A program made the translations under genes and the position numbers. 64,000 nucleotides of DNA from Dehalococcoidia bacterium. Lineage in GTDB: Bacteria; Chloroflexota; Dehalococcoidia; Plut-88900. The stretch covers positions 352,001 to 416,000 of the forward strand of contig CBDBLV010000005.1 of the NCBI GenBank assembly GCA_965207225.1, written 5' to 3'. Shown one piece after another: positions 17,153 through 27,071 of this stretch; position 1 is the first letter of the stretch; each line of letters begins with the position of its first letter. The notes beneath the pieces were generated by a model. That model did no database searches, was not told where the DNA came from, and was given only the letters and a program-made list of their open reading frames with translations.

Positions 17153-20100
17153 CTAGTCAATGATGGTGATGGTGAGCTCGGTGGGCTCCTCGACGGTGTA
17201 GCCCGGGCCGTTCAGCACCCGGAGAATAACCGTCTCGCCGCCTTCCCGCTCCTGGTCTCGTATCGGGTCGAACGTGAACCTGGCCCAACGGAAGCCCGCT
17301 TCCCTGTCGGAGTCGTGGGGGGACTCAAGGGACCGGACCGTGAAGGTGTCGCCCACCTTCTCGATCTGACCGTCTATGTTGAACAAGCGGAAGTCCTCGT
17401 CCAGGGTCGCCGTTCCGCCGACGTACTGGAAGATCACATCCTCCGCGAAGTTCCCGGTCACGTACCACGTCGGGATCCGCGTATGGCCTTCGTAGACTTC
17501 AAAATGTGTCGAGCCCTGCCCGTGGGCATGGGGATGGTCGCGACTGGCCACCGGGGTGTTCTCGTCCGCGTCGTTGTCCACGATGGTCAGCGTGTACTCC
17601 GTGGGCTTGTCCTGCGACAGGGAGTACCCCGTGCCGGGCTCCAGCGTCAGTACGACCACCTCGTCGGCCTCGTTGAGGTTGTCGTCGGTGATGGTTATTT
17701 CGATCTCGGTTTCGAGCATCCCCGCCGGAATCATAACGCTGCCGGGAATGGGGCTGTGGACATCGGTGTTGTCAGAGCCGATATTGGGCGGGAAGCTGAC
17801 GTTGACGCCCACTGTCACCGGATTGTCCGTCTGCCCGTCCAGCCTGACCAGCACCACGTGCGTGCCGGAGCCCTCGCCCGGCTCGCCCGAGGCCGCCGTG
17901 AACGATACCTCCGGCGCGTCGTCGTCCAGGATGGTCAGTTCGTAGATGGTCGCCGATGTATCGAGGGCGTAGCCGTCGCCGCTGTCCAGCGTTAACGTCA
18001 GAGTCTCGTCGCCCTCGGCGTCGGCGTCGTTGACGATGGTTATCGGCACGAAGACCTGGTTCCGCCCGCGCGGGACCGTGACCGTCCCGGAGTTGCTGAT
18101 GGTGAAGTCGTCGCCCGGGCCGTGCTGGCCGTGCACTCCCTCCGTGGCCGTGCCGCTGCTGTCAACGGTGTAGCCGATGGTGATGGCCTCGTGGGGCGCA
18201 GGCTCCAGGGTGATGACCGCCCGGTGCGTGCGGCCCGTCTCACTCACGCTGGCCTCCGCCGTCTCAAAGGCGACCATAGGCAGGTTGTTGTCCGTGATGG
18301 TCAGCGTATGCACGCTTTCTTCGCCCACGTTGTTTCCCGAGCCGACCCGCAGCGTCAGCTCCACCGTCTCGTCCGGCTCGCTTTCGCCGTTGTGGATGAT
18401 CGAAACCGGAATGTCAACGCTCTCGGCGTCTTCCGAAACCTGCACCGTGCCGGAGGCGCGGTAGTCCCGGTTGCGCGTGGCCGTGCTTCTCACGCCATAG
18501 CTCAGGGTCAGGCCGCCCGCGGGCGCGGCAGGGCGGAGATTGACCGTCACGGGGTGCGTGGTGTCCGCCTCGACGACGGTGGATTCAGCGGAGGCAAACT
18601 CCGCCCGCGGCCGGTCGTCGTCCAGGATGGTCAGCGTGTGCGTCCGAGTCGTCCCGACGGTGTAGTCCGAGCTGTTCCCCAGCGTCAGCACCACCGTCTC
18701 GTCGGGCTCGGAGTCGCCGTCGGGGTTGATGGTTACCGGGATGCCGACGCTGTTGATCCCGGCGGAGACCGTCACCGACCCGGAAGAGCCGGTTAAGCCT
18801 TCGATGCTGTAGTCGCCGCTCTGAGCCGTGCCGCCGCCAAGGGTGTAGTTTATGGTCACGTCCTCGGTGGGCGCCGGGACCAGGTTGACGGTGACGCCCA
18901 CGCTCCCGTCGGACTCGCCAACCTCGCTATCGGCCCGGGCGAACTGCGCCCCGGGGCCGTCGTTGTCGGTGATGGTCAGCGTGTAGCGGGACGGAGTTCC
19001 CACGTCGTAGTTCTCTCCCGCGCGCAGGTAGATGTCCACCCACTCATCATCCTCGCTCGTACCGTCGTCGCTCAGCCGCACCCGGATGGGAACGCTGCTT
19101 TGCCCGGGGCCGGCGGTGACCGTCCCGAAGCCGTTGCTCAGGCCGCCGATCGTGAAATCCTCGCCGGCCTCGGCGACGCCCCCGATCTGGTACCTGATGG
19201 TGGTGGCGGCGTGGGGCGCCGGAACCAGGTTGACCACCACGTCGTAAGTGCCATCTCCCTCGCTCACGGTGGCCGTGGCCGGGTCGTCGGCGAAGGACAC
19301 CTCGGGATTGTCGTTGTCCCTCACCTCGACACTGGCCGACCGGTCCGAAGACGCCGTGTAGCCCTCGCCGTTGTTCAGGGTGACGAATATCTCCCCGTCG
19401 GCGTCGTCGGTATCGTTCCCCACGGTGGGCACGGTTATGGTGGCGCGGCCGCTGTTGCCTATGGTCGCCTCCTTCCGGCCCAACTCTCCGGCGGCTACGT
19501 AGCCGCCACGCTGGATCACCGTGTAGTGGAAGGTGAGGCTGTCGTCGGCGGCGGGCGCCGGGGAGGCCCTGACCGTGAATTGGGCGGCGTCGCCCTCGTT
19601 GACCGGATCGCCGCCCCGCACCCATAGTCGCGGCTGGCCCGGGATCTCGTCGGTCGCCATCACGGGCTCCGACCAGAAGCCGGGTGTGCCGTCGTTGTTC
19701 ACCGCCCGCACGGCGTAGCAGGTGGGGGTGTCCGGGTCTATGGAGTAGTCCAGGTGGATGGTTATACTCCGTTCCACCACGGCGTCATCCTCCCCGGGGG
19801 TCTGGCACGGCGCCGGGGCCGACCACACCTCGTAGTGCGACACCACTAGGCCGTGCACCGACTCCAGCTCGTCCCACAGCACGATGGCTATGGGAGGGTC
19901 GGGGTAGAACTGCGCCCGCAGGCCGTGCGACTCTCTCTCGCCCGTTCCGGTGCGGGACTGGATGAAGGCTTCGTTGTTGTCGTCTACGTAGTCGAAGTAG
20001 TCGGTGGAGTGCCAGCTGTTGCCGCTGGTCGCCTCGCAGGCTGTCTGGCTCGCCGGTTTCGGCAACACATCACGGCCGTCGCCGTCGATGATGCACACGG

Positions 20101-22117
20101 TATACTTGGAGGCAGCGATGGCGGCCTGGATGCGGTTGACGACCTCCACGCCAAGCGGGGGGATGAGGGTCAGTGTCGGTAACAGCAACTGGTCTCTGGG
20201 GGCTTCGGCCGGGGTGACGGGCACGCGTCCGATGTCCCAGACCGCATCGCAGACTCCATTTGCGCAGGACACTTCCCGGTACGTTCCGTCAGTGGTAATG
20301 GCCTCCACGCCCTTGGGCACGCCGGTGAGGGTTACCACCGCCGGGGGCTCGTCCGGGCCGTTGTTCGCCGCCTTGATGGTGTAGGCTCGCTGGTCCGATA
20401 CTACTAGCGGGCTGTGCCCTCCGTCCCGCACTTCCAACTCCGCTATCGGCCCCACGCGGAAGGTGTAATTGCCATCGTCTTCATATTCCGTTCCGTCGGT
20501 GCGGGTCGCCAGCGCGTGGAAGTTCACCACGTAGGTGCCCAGGCTGTCGAACTCCATGAAAAAATCAGTATGCCTTGTGACTGGCCTTGTCAGATTAAAC
20601 GTTCTCGAGGCCGTGGGGTTGGGATCAAGTAACGTACCTGCGGTTAAACTGTCAAAGCGGGCTTTGACCCTTCCCGGGGCAGCCGCGCCGTTCAGTCCGC
20701 TCACCGTCATGGTCCAGACCGTATCGCGCCAGTCGGCTAAGTTGTCGTTGAAACCCATCCTGGAATACCAAATCCGGACGCCTGACTTAGCGAGGTGGGC
20801 GGGCGCCTCCTTCCGTGCGGTCTGCCACGAGACAGTGGTGCTGTCCGTTACACTATCGCTGTCGGCATCAATTTCGCGCCCAACGCGGTCCTGTACATGG
20901 AAGAGCATTGACCTCGGTTCATAGTAAGACCTCGGTTCAGAGTAAAAGGCACTAGGCAGCCGGTGTAAACTGGGCACATCGAAATCATCACCGTCCGTCC
21001 ACGCGAACAGCTTAATGCCACCATCGTCTCCGCAGGGGTGGGCCGTAACGCCCACGCAGTCGTGGAGCCACCATAAGAGGATCTCGCCTTCGCTGATCGG
21101 CGGCAATCCGCTGCTCAAGCACAAAATGGCTACGTCGTTCGCCCGCTTGCGTGTGTCCAGATCGAAGGGGGGAAAGACCTCCTCCACCGACGCGGTCAGG
21201 CAGCGTTGCCCCAATGGCATATCTTCCAGCCCGAGACTCACCGGAATCTCTAGATATCCCCCACTCCGATCCAACGTGCCCACATCCCAGAGCCCTGTGA
21301 TGGGGTCAAAGTGGGTTCCGTCCGACGCATCTACACTTCCGGCGAGCCGTAAGCCCTCCAACTCGACATGGACCACTACGCCATACGAAGTGAGATCAAC
21401 ATCGCTGCTAGTTATAAGGCCTATAGCGTGCCTGTCTCTCAAACGCTTGTTAAATACATTCACGCGGAAGGTCATCAGGCCATTCTCATCAGGAACTAGG
21501 CGATCAGTACGGATATCCACGCCCGTGTCGCCGAATGCGTAATCCCCTCCCCACGGGTTTGAGAGACTTTTAAAGATGAACCATTGCTCAATCGCATTGT
21601 TCGCAGTTAGCTCTGGAGGCTCCCTCGGCACGGAATCGATTATGGCGGCCTGCAAGTGTAGCGGAAACACACCTTCAGGGGATGTCTCTTCGTAGGGGGA
21701 TCTTTGGAACAACTCCTGCCACCATCTGCTCCGAGCGCTTTCTCCTGATCGAATGAATGGGATCGTCCATATCCCCGTTAAAGGATCGAACGTCCCTGAC
21801 GACAACTCTAACTCTACATCGCAAAAGTTTCTTGGACAGTTCGTTACTTGCAGCGGAGTGATCTTGACCTTGACGTTCCACACGTCAACCGCTTGGCCAT
21901 CGATGGCATTGTTCCAGACGGTCAATTCCCAGCGTGGGCTGGACTGCCTCTCATAAGCTTGCGGATTCGATTCCAAGGAAAGGTCGAAGCGCAAAGGGGG
22001 CGGCGAGGCCGCCGCCGTGTCAGCGGTCGTGGTCGCCATCAGCGCGGCCAAGACGACTGACAGGCATAGAGCAACCAGTGTCCTGTGGGCGCGAATCTCT
22101 GAAAAGGAGTGTCTCAT
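17153..22117 (-). CDS. large secreted adhesin-like protein with DUF11-like, FnIII-like and about 7 Calx-beta repeats
   Basis: Signal peptide; repeats P.V.F....V.E...DD..E.DET..L.L...Y......LTI.DDD; GTFDPLTGIWTI / FDPITGLWDVG DUF11-like motifs. Confidence 0.85.
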   Translation of the reverse strand: MRHSFSEIRAHRTLVALCLSVVLAALMATTTADTAAASPPPLRFDLSLESNPQAYERQSSPRWELTVWNNAIDGQAVDVWNVKVKITPLQVTNCPRNFCDVELELSSGTFDPLTGIWTIPFIRSGESARSRWWQELFQRSPYEETSPEGVFPLHLQAAIIDSVPREPPELTANNAIEQWFIFKSLSNPWGGDYAFGDTGVDIRTDRLVPDENGLMTFRVNVFNKRLRDRHAIGLITSSDVDLTSYGVVVHVELEGLRLAGSVDASDGTHFDPITGLWDVGTLDRSGGYLEIPVSLGLEDMPLGQRCLTASVEEVFPPFDLDTRKRANDVAILCLSSGLPPISEGEILLWWLHDCVGVTAHPCGDDGGIKLFAWTDGDDFDVPSLHRLPSAFYSEPRSYYEPRSMLFHVQDRVGREIDADSDSVTDSTTVSWQTARKEAPAHLAKSGVRIWYSRMGFNDNLADWRDTVWTMTVSGLNGAAAPGRVKARFDSLTAGTLLDPNPTASRTFNLTRPVTRHTDFFMEFDSLGTYVVNFHALATRTDGTEYEDDGNYTFRVGPIAELEVRDGGHSPLVVSDQRAYTIKAANNGPDEPPAVVTLTGVPKGVEAITTDGTYREVSCANGVCDAVWDIGRVPVTPAEAPRDQLLLPTLTLIPPLGVEVVNRIQAAIAASKYTVCIIDGDGRDVLPKPASQTACEATSGNSWHSTDYFDYVDDNNEAFIQSRTGTGERESHGLRAQFYPDPPIAIVLWDELESVHGLVVSHYEVWSAPAPCQTPGEDDAVVERSITIHLDYSIDPDTPTCYAVRAVNNDGTPGFWSEPVMATDEIPGQPRLWVRGGDPVNEGDAAQFTVRASPAPAADDSLTFHYTVIQRGGYVAAGELGRKEATIGNSGRATITVPTVGNDTDDADGEIFVTLNNGEGYTASSDRSASVEVRDNDNPEVSFADDPATATVSEGDGTYDVVVNLVPAPHAATTIRYQIGGVAEAGEDFTIGGLSNGFGTVTAGPGQSSVPIRVRLSDDGTSEDDEWVDIYLRAGENYDVGTPSRYTLTITDNDGPGAQFARADSEVGESDGSVGVTVNLVPAPTEDVTINYTLGGGTAQSGDYSIEGLTGSSGSVTVSAGINSVGIPVTINPDGDSEPDETVVLTLGNSSDYTVGTTRTHTLTILDDDRPRAEFASAESTVVEADTTHPVTVNLRPAAPAGGLTLSYGVRSTATRNRDYRASGTVQVSEDAESVDIPVSIIHNGESEPDETVELTLRVGSGNNVGEESVHTLTITDNNLPMVAFETAEASVSETGRTHRAVITLEPAPHEAITIGYTVDSSGTATEGVHGQHGPGDDFTISNSGTVTVPRGRNQVFVPITIVNDADAEGDETLTLTLDSGDGYALDTSATIYELTILDDDAPEVSFTAASGEPGEGSGTHVVLVRLDGQTDNPVTVGVNVSFPPNIGSDNTDVHSPIPGSVMIPAGMLETEIEITITDDNLNEADEVVVLTLEPGTGYSLSQDKPTEYTLTIVDNDADENTPVASRDHPHAHGQGSTHFEVYEGHTRIPTWYVTGNFAEDVIFQYVGGTATLDEDFRLFNIDGQIEKVGDTFTVRSLESPHDSDREAGFRWARFTFDPIRDQEREGGETVILRVLNGPGYTVEEPTELTITIID

Positions 22118-22200
22118 GCTTCGACCACCTTACGGTGAAATGCAGCACCAAGACGCACATCGAATCGGGCGGCGTGGTAAGCGCCGCCCGATTCCAGGCG

Positions 22201-23883
22201 TCAGTTGCCCCAGGTCACCCGGACTTCCTGGGTAGTAATGAACTCGAGATGGTCTCCGTCTTGGTAGTTGATTCTTACGTGGTAGGTGTTGGACACGCCT
22301 CCTGATTCGCTGGTGGACCACTGGGTTGTGGGCCGCGGATTCACTTCGGGAGGCAGATCATGCCATTGCGAGCTATCGCCCCGGCGGATTCGCCAATCGT
22401 AGTGAGGAATGGTACCCGAGGGCAGTTCGAATACGGACACCGAGAAATGCACCGTCTCCCTAGCCGCCGGGGATTCGTTGTCAACGCTGAGGGTCACGTA
22501 CGGCCCCAGGTCTTCCAATTCGATCCTCACCGCCAGCGTATGGTCCACGCTGTGGTCGGGATTGCTCTCGTGATCTATCGTGTTGGTCACCCCCAGGGTG
22601 AGATCGTAGGTCGCCTTGGTCTCGTAGTCCAGGTTGGCGCCCTCGGCCACACTGATTTGGACGGAGTATGGATCGGCGTCCGTCGTGGATGCTACGGCGA
22701 AGTTCTCGTGGCCGTCGCCGGAGAGGCTGTACTCCAGATTACTCGATTCCGAGAAGACCAGGATCGGGTCGCCGACGTCGGTCCCTGCCGGGGAGTTCTC
22801 CGGCACGCTGCGGATGACGCCAAACGTAGGCGGCTCCACCTCGGCCAGCAAGTCGCCGACGTAGACGACGTACTTCTTCACCTCGCTGGTCACGGTGACA
22901 TTATCGCTGATCGGAGTCCAGTGCTCGTCGTAATCCTCTTCCCCAGGTTCATGAGGGTTGTCTTCGCGCACGTATGCAACCAGTTGTACCCAAATCTCGT
23001 AGGTGCCGGACTCGGTGAAGATCCACTGTAGGTTCTCTATTTCTGTCCCAGGCTCCATCTGCATTTCGCTGATGCCGGGCGCTGTGCTGGACCACACGAA
23101 TTCAGCGTGTGCCTGTGCGCCGTCGTTCGGCTTGGGGGCGCGGTAGGCCACGAAGCCCGGATGATTGCCCGGGTGTCCGGGATACCGCTCGACCACCAAT
23201 CGGTAGCGCAGGGGCGGGGCGCCGTCGTCCGCGTCCCAGTACTGGTCGTCGTCCAGGTGTCGCGTCGAGAATCCCAGGGTCAGGTCCGAGGTCTCGTTCT
23301 TGTCGGCGGTGTCCGGGTCGTCCAGTTGCAGCCACCAGACCTGGGTTCCCTGGGGTACCGGGTCATTCTTCCCAAGACCCAATAGCTTGCGGACCTCAGG
23401 ATACTCGTCCAGCACCAACTGTCCGGCGTTCGCCTCTGCGTTGGTGGCGACCACATCCACCTGGTAGTGTTCGTTCCTCACATGGAAGATGGCCTCTCCG
23501 ATGTCGATATCGGAGTCGGACAGGGTGGTGACTGTAATCTCCGCGCCCTCGTCGTCATACTCGGTGGTCGTGACCAACTCTGGCGGACACTCATTGAGGT
23601 GCAGGTAGTTCGCGTCCTCGCGATCGTCTTCGGAATCGTCCTCCTCGGTCACCCATTCCCAGTAGGCGTCGAAGAGGTAAAAGTGGCCCTCGGTGATCTC
23701 GTGGGGCTCTTCCATGAAGGCGTCCCCGGCACCGGGGCCGCAGGGCTGGGGGTCGGTGTAGTCGTTGTCCGGGCTCTGGGCTTGGGTGGGGGTCACCACT
23801 AAGGCGGCCACCGCTACAAGAGCCAGCGCCAGGACGACGCCGAAGAGTTTCAGGGGGATTGATGCGTTGGTAAAGCTGTTCAT
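22201..23883 (-). CDS. secreted surface protein with a cadherin-like domain
   Basis: Signal peptide; RSVPENSPAGTDVGDP...LEYSLSG...LDYETKATYDLT cadherin-like motifs. Confidence 0.8.
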   Translation of the reverse strand: MNSFTNASIPLKLFGVVLALALVAVAALVVTPTQAQSPDNDYTDPQPCGPGAGDAFMEEPHEITEGHFYLFDAYWEWVTEEDDSEDDREDANYLHLNECPPELVTTTEYDDEGAEITVTTLSDSDIDIGEAIFHVRNEHYQVDVVATNAEANAGQLVLDEYPEVRKLLGLGKNDPVPQGTQVWWLQLDDPDTADKNETSDLTLGFSTRHLDDDQYWDADDGAPPLRYRLVVERYPGHPGNHPGFVAYRAPKPNDGAQAHAEFVWSSTAPGISEMQMEPGTEIENLQWIFTESGTYEIWVQLVAYVREDNPHEPGEEDYDEHWTPISDNVTVTSEVKKYVVYVGDLLAEVEPPTFGVIRSVPENSPAGTDVGDPILVFSESSNLEYSLSGDGHENFAVASTTDADPYSVQISVAEGANLDYETKATYDLTLGVTNTIDHESNPDHSVDHTLAVRIELEDLGPYVTLSVDNESPAARETVHFSVSVFELPSGTIPHYDWRIRRGDSSQWHDLPPEVNPRPTTQWSTSESGGVSNTYHVRINYQDGDHLEFITTQEVRVTWGN

Positions 23884-24251
23884 CGATTCTCCTAGCTTCC
23901 TTGCTTTCGAAATCTAGATCGAGTTGGTTCGTTGTTCTTTGCCTCGCGCCCAAGACGGGTGCGTGTTTCTACACTGGTTTTGCTCCGTGCGGGACGACTG
24001 ATATCACAATCGTCAGCTATCGTTTCCGCCATCGTGTTGAGTCTTAGTATCATTGTTCCCTGTCGTCGCCAACCGTGGAGTACGTTCGGATCATTGGTAT
24101 TGAGCTTCGTACGCGTCCAATCGACGAGGTACGGTCTCGACACGGACAGTGGGCAAGGCCACCATTACGTTGATAATTGAGATATAGTATCATTACTATC
24201 CATCAGTCAGCATAAACCACCGAAGCGGATGTTGTCAATAGCGCCGACCAA

Positions 24252-26139
24252 CCCAAATCCACCGCCTAAAGGTAGGAATCTGATTTTCTGACCTTTCGGT
24301 TGGGCCGGTGGGGGCGTCGATTGGCTACTGACAGGGTTAGCAGTGGTTTGGCGGGGCCGATGGTGGACGTATGAGGGTCTTGGGGTGCTGCTTTACGATG
24401 TTTTGCGTCGATTTTGAGCCGTTTGGCCTCGTAGGAGGACGCAGCGTCCCTACGACGGTTATCCACGTCGCTTGACCGATAGGCTGTGGCGCGGACCGTC
24501 TCAGATTCAGGGAGGGCCGTGAGCCAGCGCCGCTATTCTCCGGTGTGCCCCGACCAGCAGCGGGAACGATGGATGACCTCGCGCCAGTCGGATCAGCAGC
24601 TTCCTGGCATGGTAGACCACTCGACCGGCAAGGTCGATCAGAGCGAAGCGCACCGCCTTGAGCCGCTTGGTCACCCACTCATCACCCAGCGCCAACTGCT
24701 TGACCGCCGAGTTCAGGTTGAACGCCAGCACCGTTATCGCCCACCACGCTGCGTTGGCTCCGAACTGTCCCGACGGCAGTCTCCCGCCCGCCAGGTCCTC
24801 CTTCAGCACACTATGGACCTCCTCGCCTTTCCCGCATCTCTCACGGTACCACCGCACAACCTCGTCTCCCGGAAGCTCCCGGTTCGTCACTATCCCGCTG
24901 ATCTTGTACCAGCCGTGGTTCGGCATCTGCATGACCGGAACCGACAGCTCAAACTCACTCTCCATGCCCGGTAGCGGCGGTCGCCTCAGAGGTTCTCTGA
25001 CGGCTATGAAACGGTAGGCGGGACCCTCCTTGTAGCGACCTAATCGACTGGACATGAAGCCCACCTCGGCCCACTCCTGCCCCGTCTCCACCTCGAACTC
25101 CCCCATCATCCGGGGCAACTGACGCCACTCGCTCTCTTCCACCAGCGCCGCCTCATGCTTGAACTCGTCCGTGACGCGTACCCCAATCGCGAACTCGATC
25201 ACTCCGAACCGTTCGTCTCTCCCCTCGGCGCAGTACTCCAGAAGATCGTTCTGGTAGCCTGCCGTGTCGGACCGCAGCATCACCCGCTCCACTCCCTCGG
25301 GTACGCACTCCAACGCGTCTCGCAACACTCGTAGCTGCTCAAATCCCGCAGGAACGTTGCCGTCTCTGAACTCCGAGTGGACGACCAGGTCCGCCTCGGC
25401 CCAGTATGTCGTTAGCGGCTGATAGGCTTTGAATCCCTTGTAGCAGTAGAGCGCCTCCTGCTTGTGAGTCTCGACCAGCGTCGCGTCCATATCCAGTGTC
25501 GCCTGCCTATGCCCGACGTGGCCCTGGACAAAGCCCACCATCTCGGCGTTGACCTTCCCAAGTCCGTCCAGCGCGTCGTTGGCCTGGGGTATGAACGCCG
25601 TATGAGGCTGCCTCGCCTCCTCCTGGGATGCGTCGTGGAACTGGCTCAGATACCGGAACACCGCCGATGGAGACGGCACATAGCGGTGTCGGTCACGCCG
25701 CCACCGGTTGCGCACCGCCCTGCGCTCCGAAGCTCGCTGCCGGTGGGTCTCCACCCTTCCCAACATCCGGCCAAGGCCCTCGTCCGCCTCCAGCACGCGA
25801 AGGTCGTCCACCCCTTCGCCGCCCGCCAGGTTCAACAGCGTCAGTGAGGTGACCATCTGACGGTCCGTCCAACCCTGGCCTCCCTCTCTGACCCTCACGT
25901 GGCGTCTGATCGACTCGCCAAGGCCGATTGCCTCGGCCATCTCCAGGTAGACTGCCAACCCCGATAGCGCCGTCATGCCCCCGATGCGGTTCTCTGCCCT
26001 GTACTGGAACGGTAGGACTCCATGTTGCATAATAACTGCACCTCGTTGGTGATGGTTTGGGATTGTCACTTACCATCTTAGTCAGCTTTGCAGCCGACTC
26101 CAACGAGGTATTCTCATTCAATTAGGCGGTGGATTTGGG
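24252..26139 (-). mobile_element. IS1380-family insertion sequence, complete (1888 bp)
   Basis: Perfect 18-bp terminal inverted repeats CCCAAATCCACCGCCTAA (24252-24269 / 26122-26139); 4-bp target duplication CCAA at 24248-24251 and 26140-26143. Confidence 0.92.
24507..26069 (-). CDS. IS1380-family DDE transposase (alternative start 26030)
   Basis: TLDMDATL, YQPL, FRDGNVPA, LRSDTAGY, YRERCGKGEEVHSVLK, FGANAAW motifs. Confidence 0.9.
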   Translation of the reverse strand: MTIPNHHQRGAVIMQHGVLPFQYRAENRIGGMTALSGLAVYLEMAEAIGLGESIRRHVRVREGGQGWTDRQMVTSLTLLNLAGGEGVDDLRVLEADEGLGRMLGRVETHRQRASERRAVRNRWRRDRHRYVPSPSAVFRYLSQFHDASQEEARQPHTAFIPQANDALDGLGKVNAEMVGFVQGHVGHRQATLDMDATLVETHKQEALYCYKGFKAYQPLTTYWAEADLVVHSEFRDGNVPAGFEQLRVLRDALECVPEGVERVMLRSDTAGYQNDLLEYCAEGRDERFGVIEFAIGVRVTDEFKHEAALVEESEWRQLPRMMGEFEVETGQEWAEVGFMSSRLGRYKEGPAYRFIAVREPLRRPPLPGMESEFELSVPVMQMPNHGWYKISGIVTNRELPGDEVVRWYRERCGKGEEVHSVLKEDLAGGRLPSGQFGANAAWWAITVLAFNLNSAVKQLALGDEWVTKRLKAVRFALIDLAGRVVYHARKLLIRLARGHPSFPLLVGAHRRIAALAHGPP

Positions 26140-26268
26140 CCAAGAAAAGGCAGCGTTTCCATTGATGATCAGCAGCCATCAGGAGTATGATGAGGGCAGA
26201 ACGGTCTTGAGCACACATAGGACGCTGAGAGTTGCCCGAAGGCCGTAGCCATGTCAGAGGGGAGCGTC

Positions 26269-26535
26269 ATGATTGCGAACGTGAAGGCCAAGTACTCCAA
26301 CGGCGTTCTCACGCCCCTGGAGCCCTTGGACATTGCCGAGGGAGCGGAAGTGGCCCTGGTGATTGAGGAGATTCCCGTTCAAGCCGCGGCGAAGGGCGCG
26401 AATGCTATCGGAGACATGTCAATGTTGGCCAGGCACCTCATTGAGAAGTACCCGGATGACGGACGAGACCGACCCACCGATGGCTCTGTCAACTACAAAC
26501 ACTACATGTACGGTCATCCGAAGAAGGAACCGTAA
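26269..26535 (+). CDS. antitoxin (DUF104/AF2212-like)
   Basis: AKYSNGVLTPLEPLDIAEGAEV motif; TAATG overlap with the PIN gene. Confidence 0.8.
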   Translation: MIANVKAKYSNGVLTPLEPLDIAEGAEVALVIEEIPVQAAAKGANAIGDMSMLARHLIEKYPDDGRDRPTDGSVNYKHYMYGHPKKEP

Positions 26536-26957
26536 TGCGTGTGGTGTTCGCTGACAGTGGATATTGGATCGCACTACTCGACAACCGAGACGACCTTCAC
26601 GCCCGCGCACTCGACTTGAGCTCAGAATCCATCGCGGACCAACTGGTCACGACCCATATGGTTGTGGTCGAGGTACTCAATTTCGCATCGACCCGTGGCG
26701 AGTACATGCGACAGCGTGCAACTGAATGGGCGAAGAGTCTTCGTGGCAGACCAAGCATTGAGGTTGTCTGGCTTACTGAGGACCAGTTTTGGACAGCGGT
26801 GGGACGATACGAGGCACGCCAGGATCAGACCTGGAGCCTAACGGACTGCGCGAGCTTCCTCATAATGGAAGAACGTGACCTGACTGAGGCGCTCGCCTAC
26901 GACCGAGACTTTGAGCAGGCTGGATTCGTCGCCCTGCTGAGAGGCAGTCACGAGTGA
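26535..26957 (+). CDS. vapC: PIN-domain toxin
   Basis: VFADSGYWIAL...D.LH, E, SLTDCASF..M, ALAYDRDFEQAGF. Confidence 0.88.
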   Translation: MRVVFADSGYWIALLDNRDDLHARALDLSSESIADQLVTTHMVVVEVLNFASTRGEYMRQRATEWAKSLRGRPSIEVVWLTEDQFWTAVGRYEARQDQTWSLTDCASFLIMEERDLTEALAYDRDFEQAGFVALLRGSHE

Positions 26958-27071
26958 CGCAAAATGCTGGGATTGTGAATGCGTGCGCCCCATTGAATAT
27001 GCTGGAAGCCACGATAGGCGCAACGCTGGTAGGCAGCCCAAGAGAGACCACGCAACATCGTTTCGGTGGGT

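Noticed and set aside
24130-24165. ACAGT...GGCCACCA resembling the att core
   Set aside because: Wrong spacing and no GTTC arm
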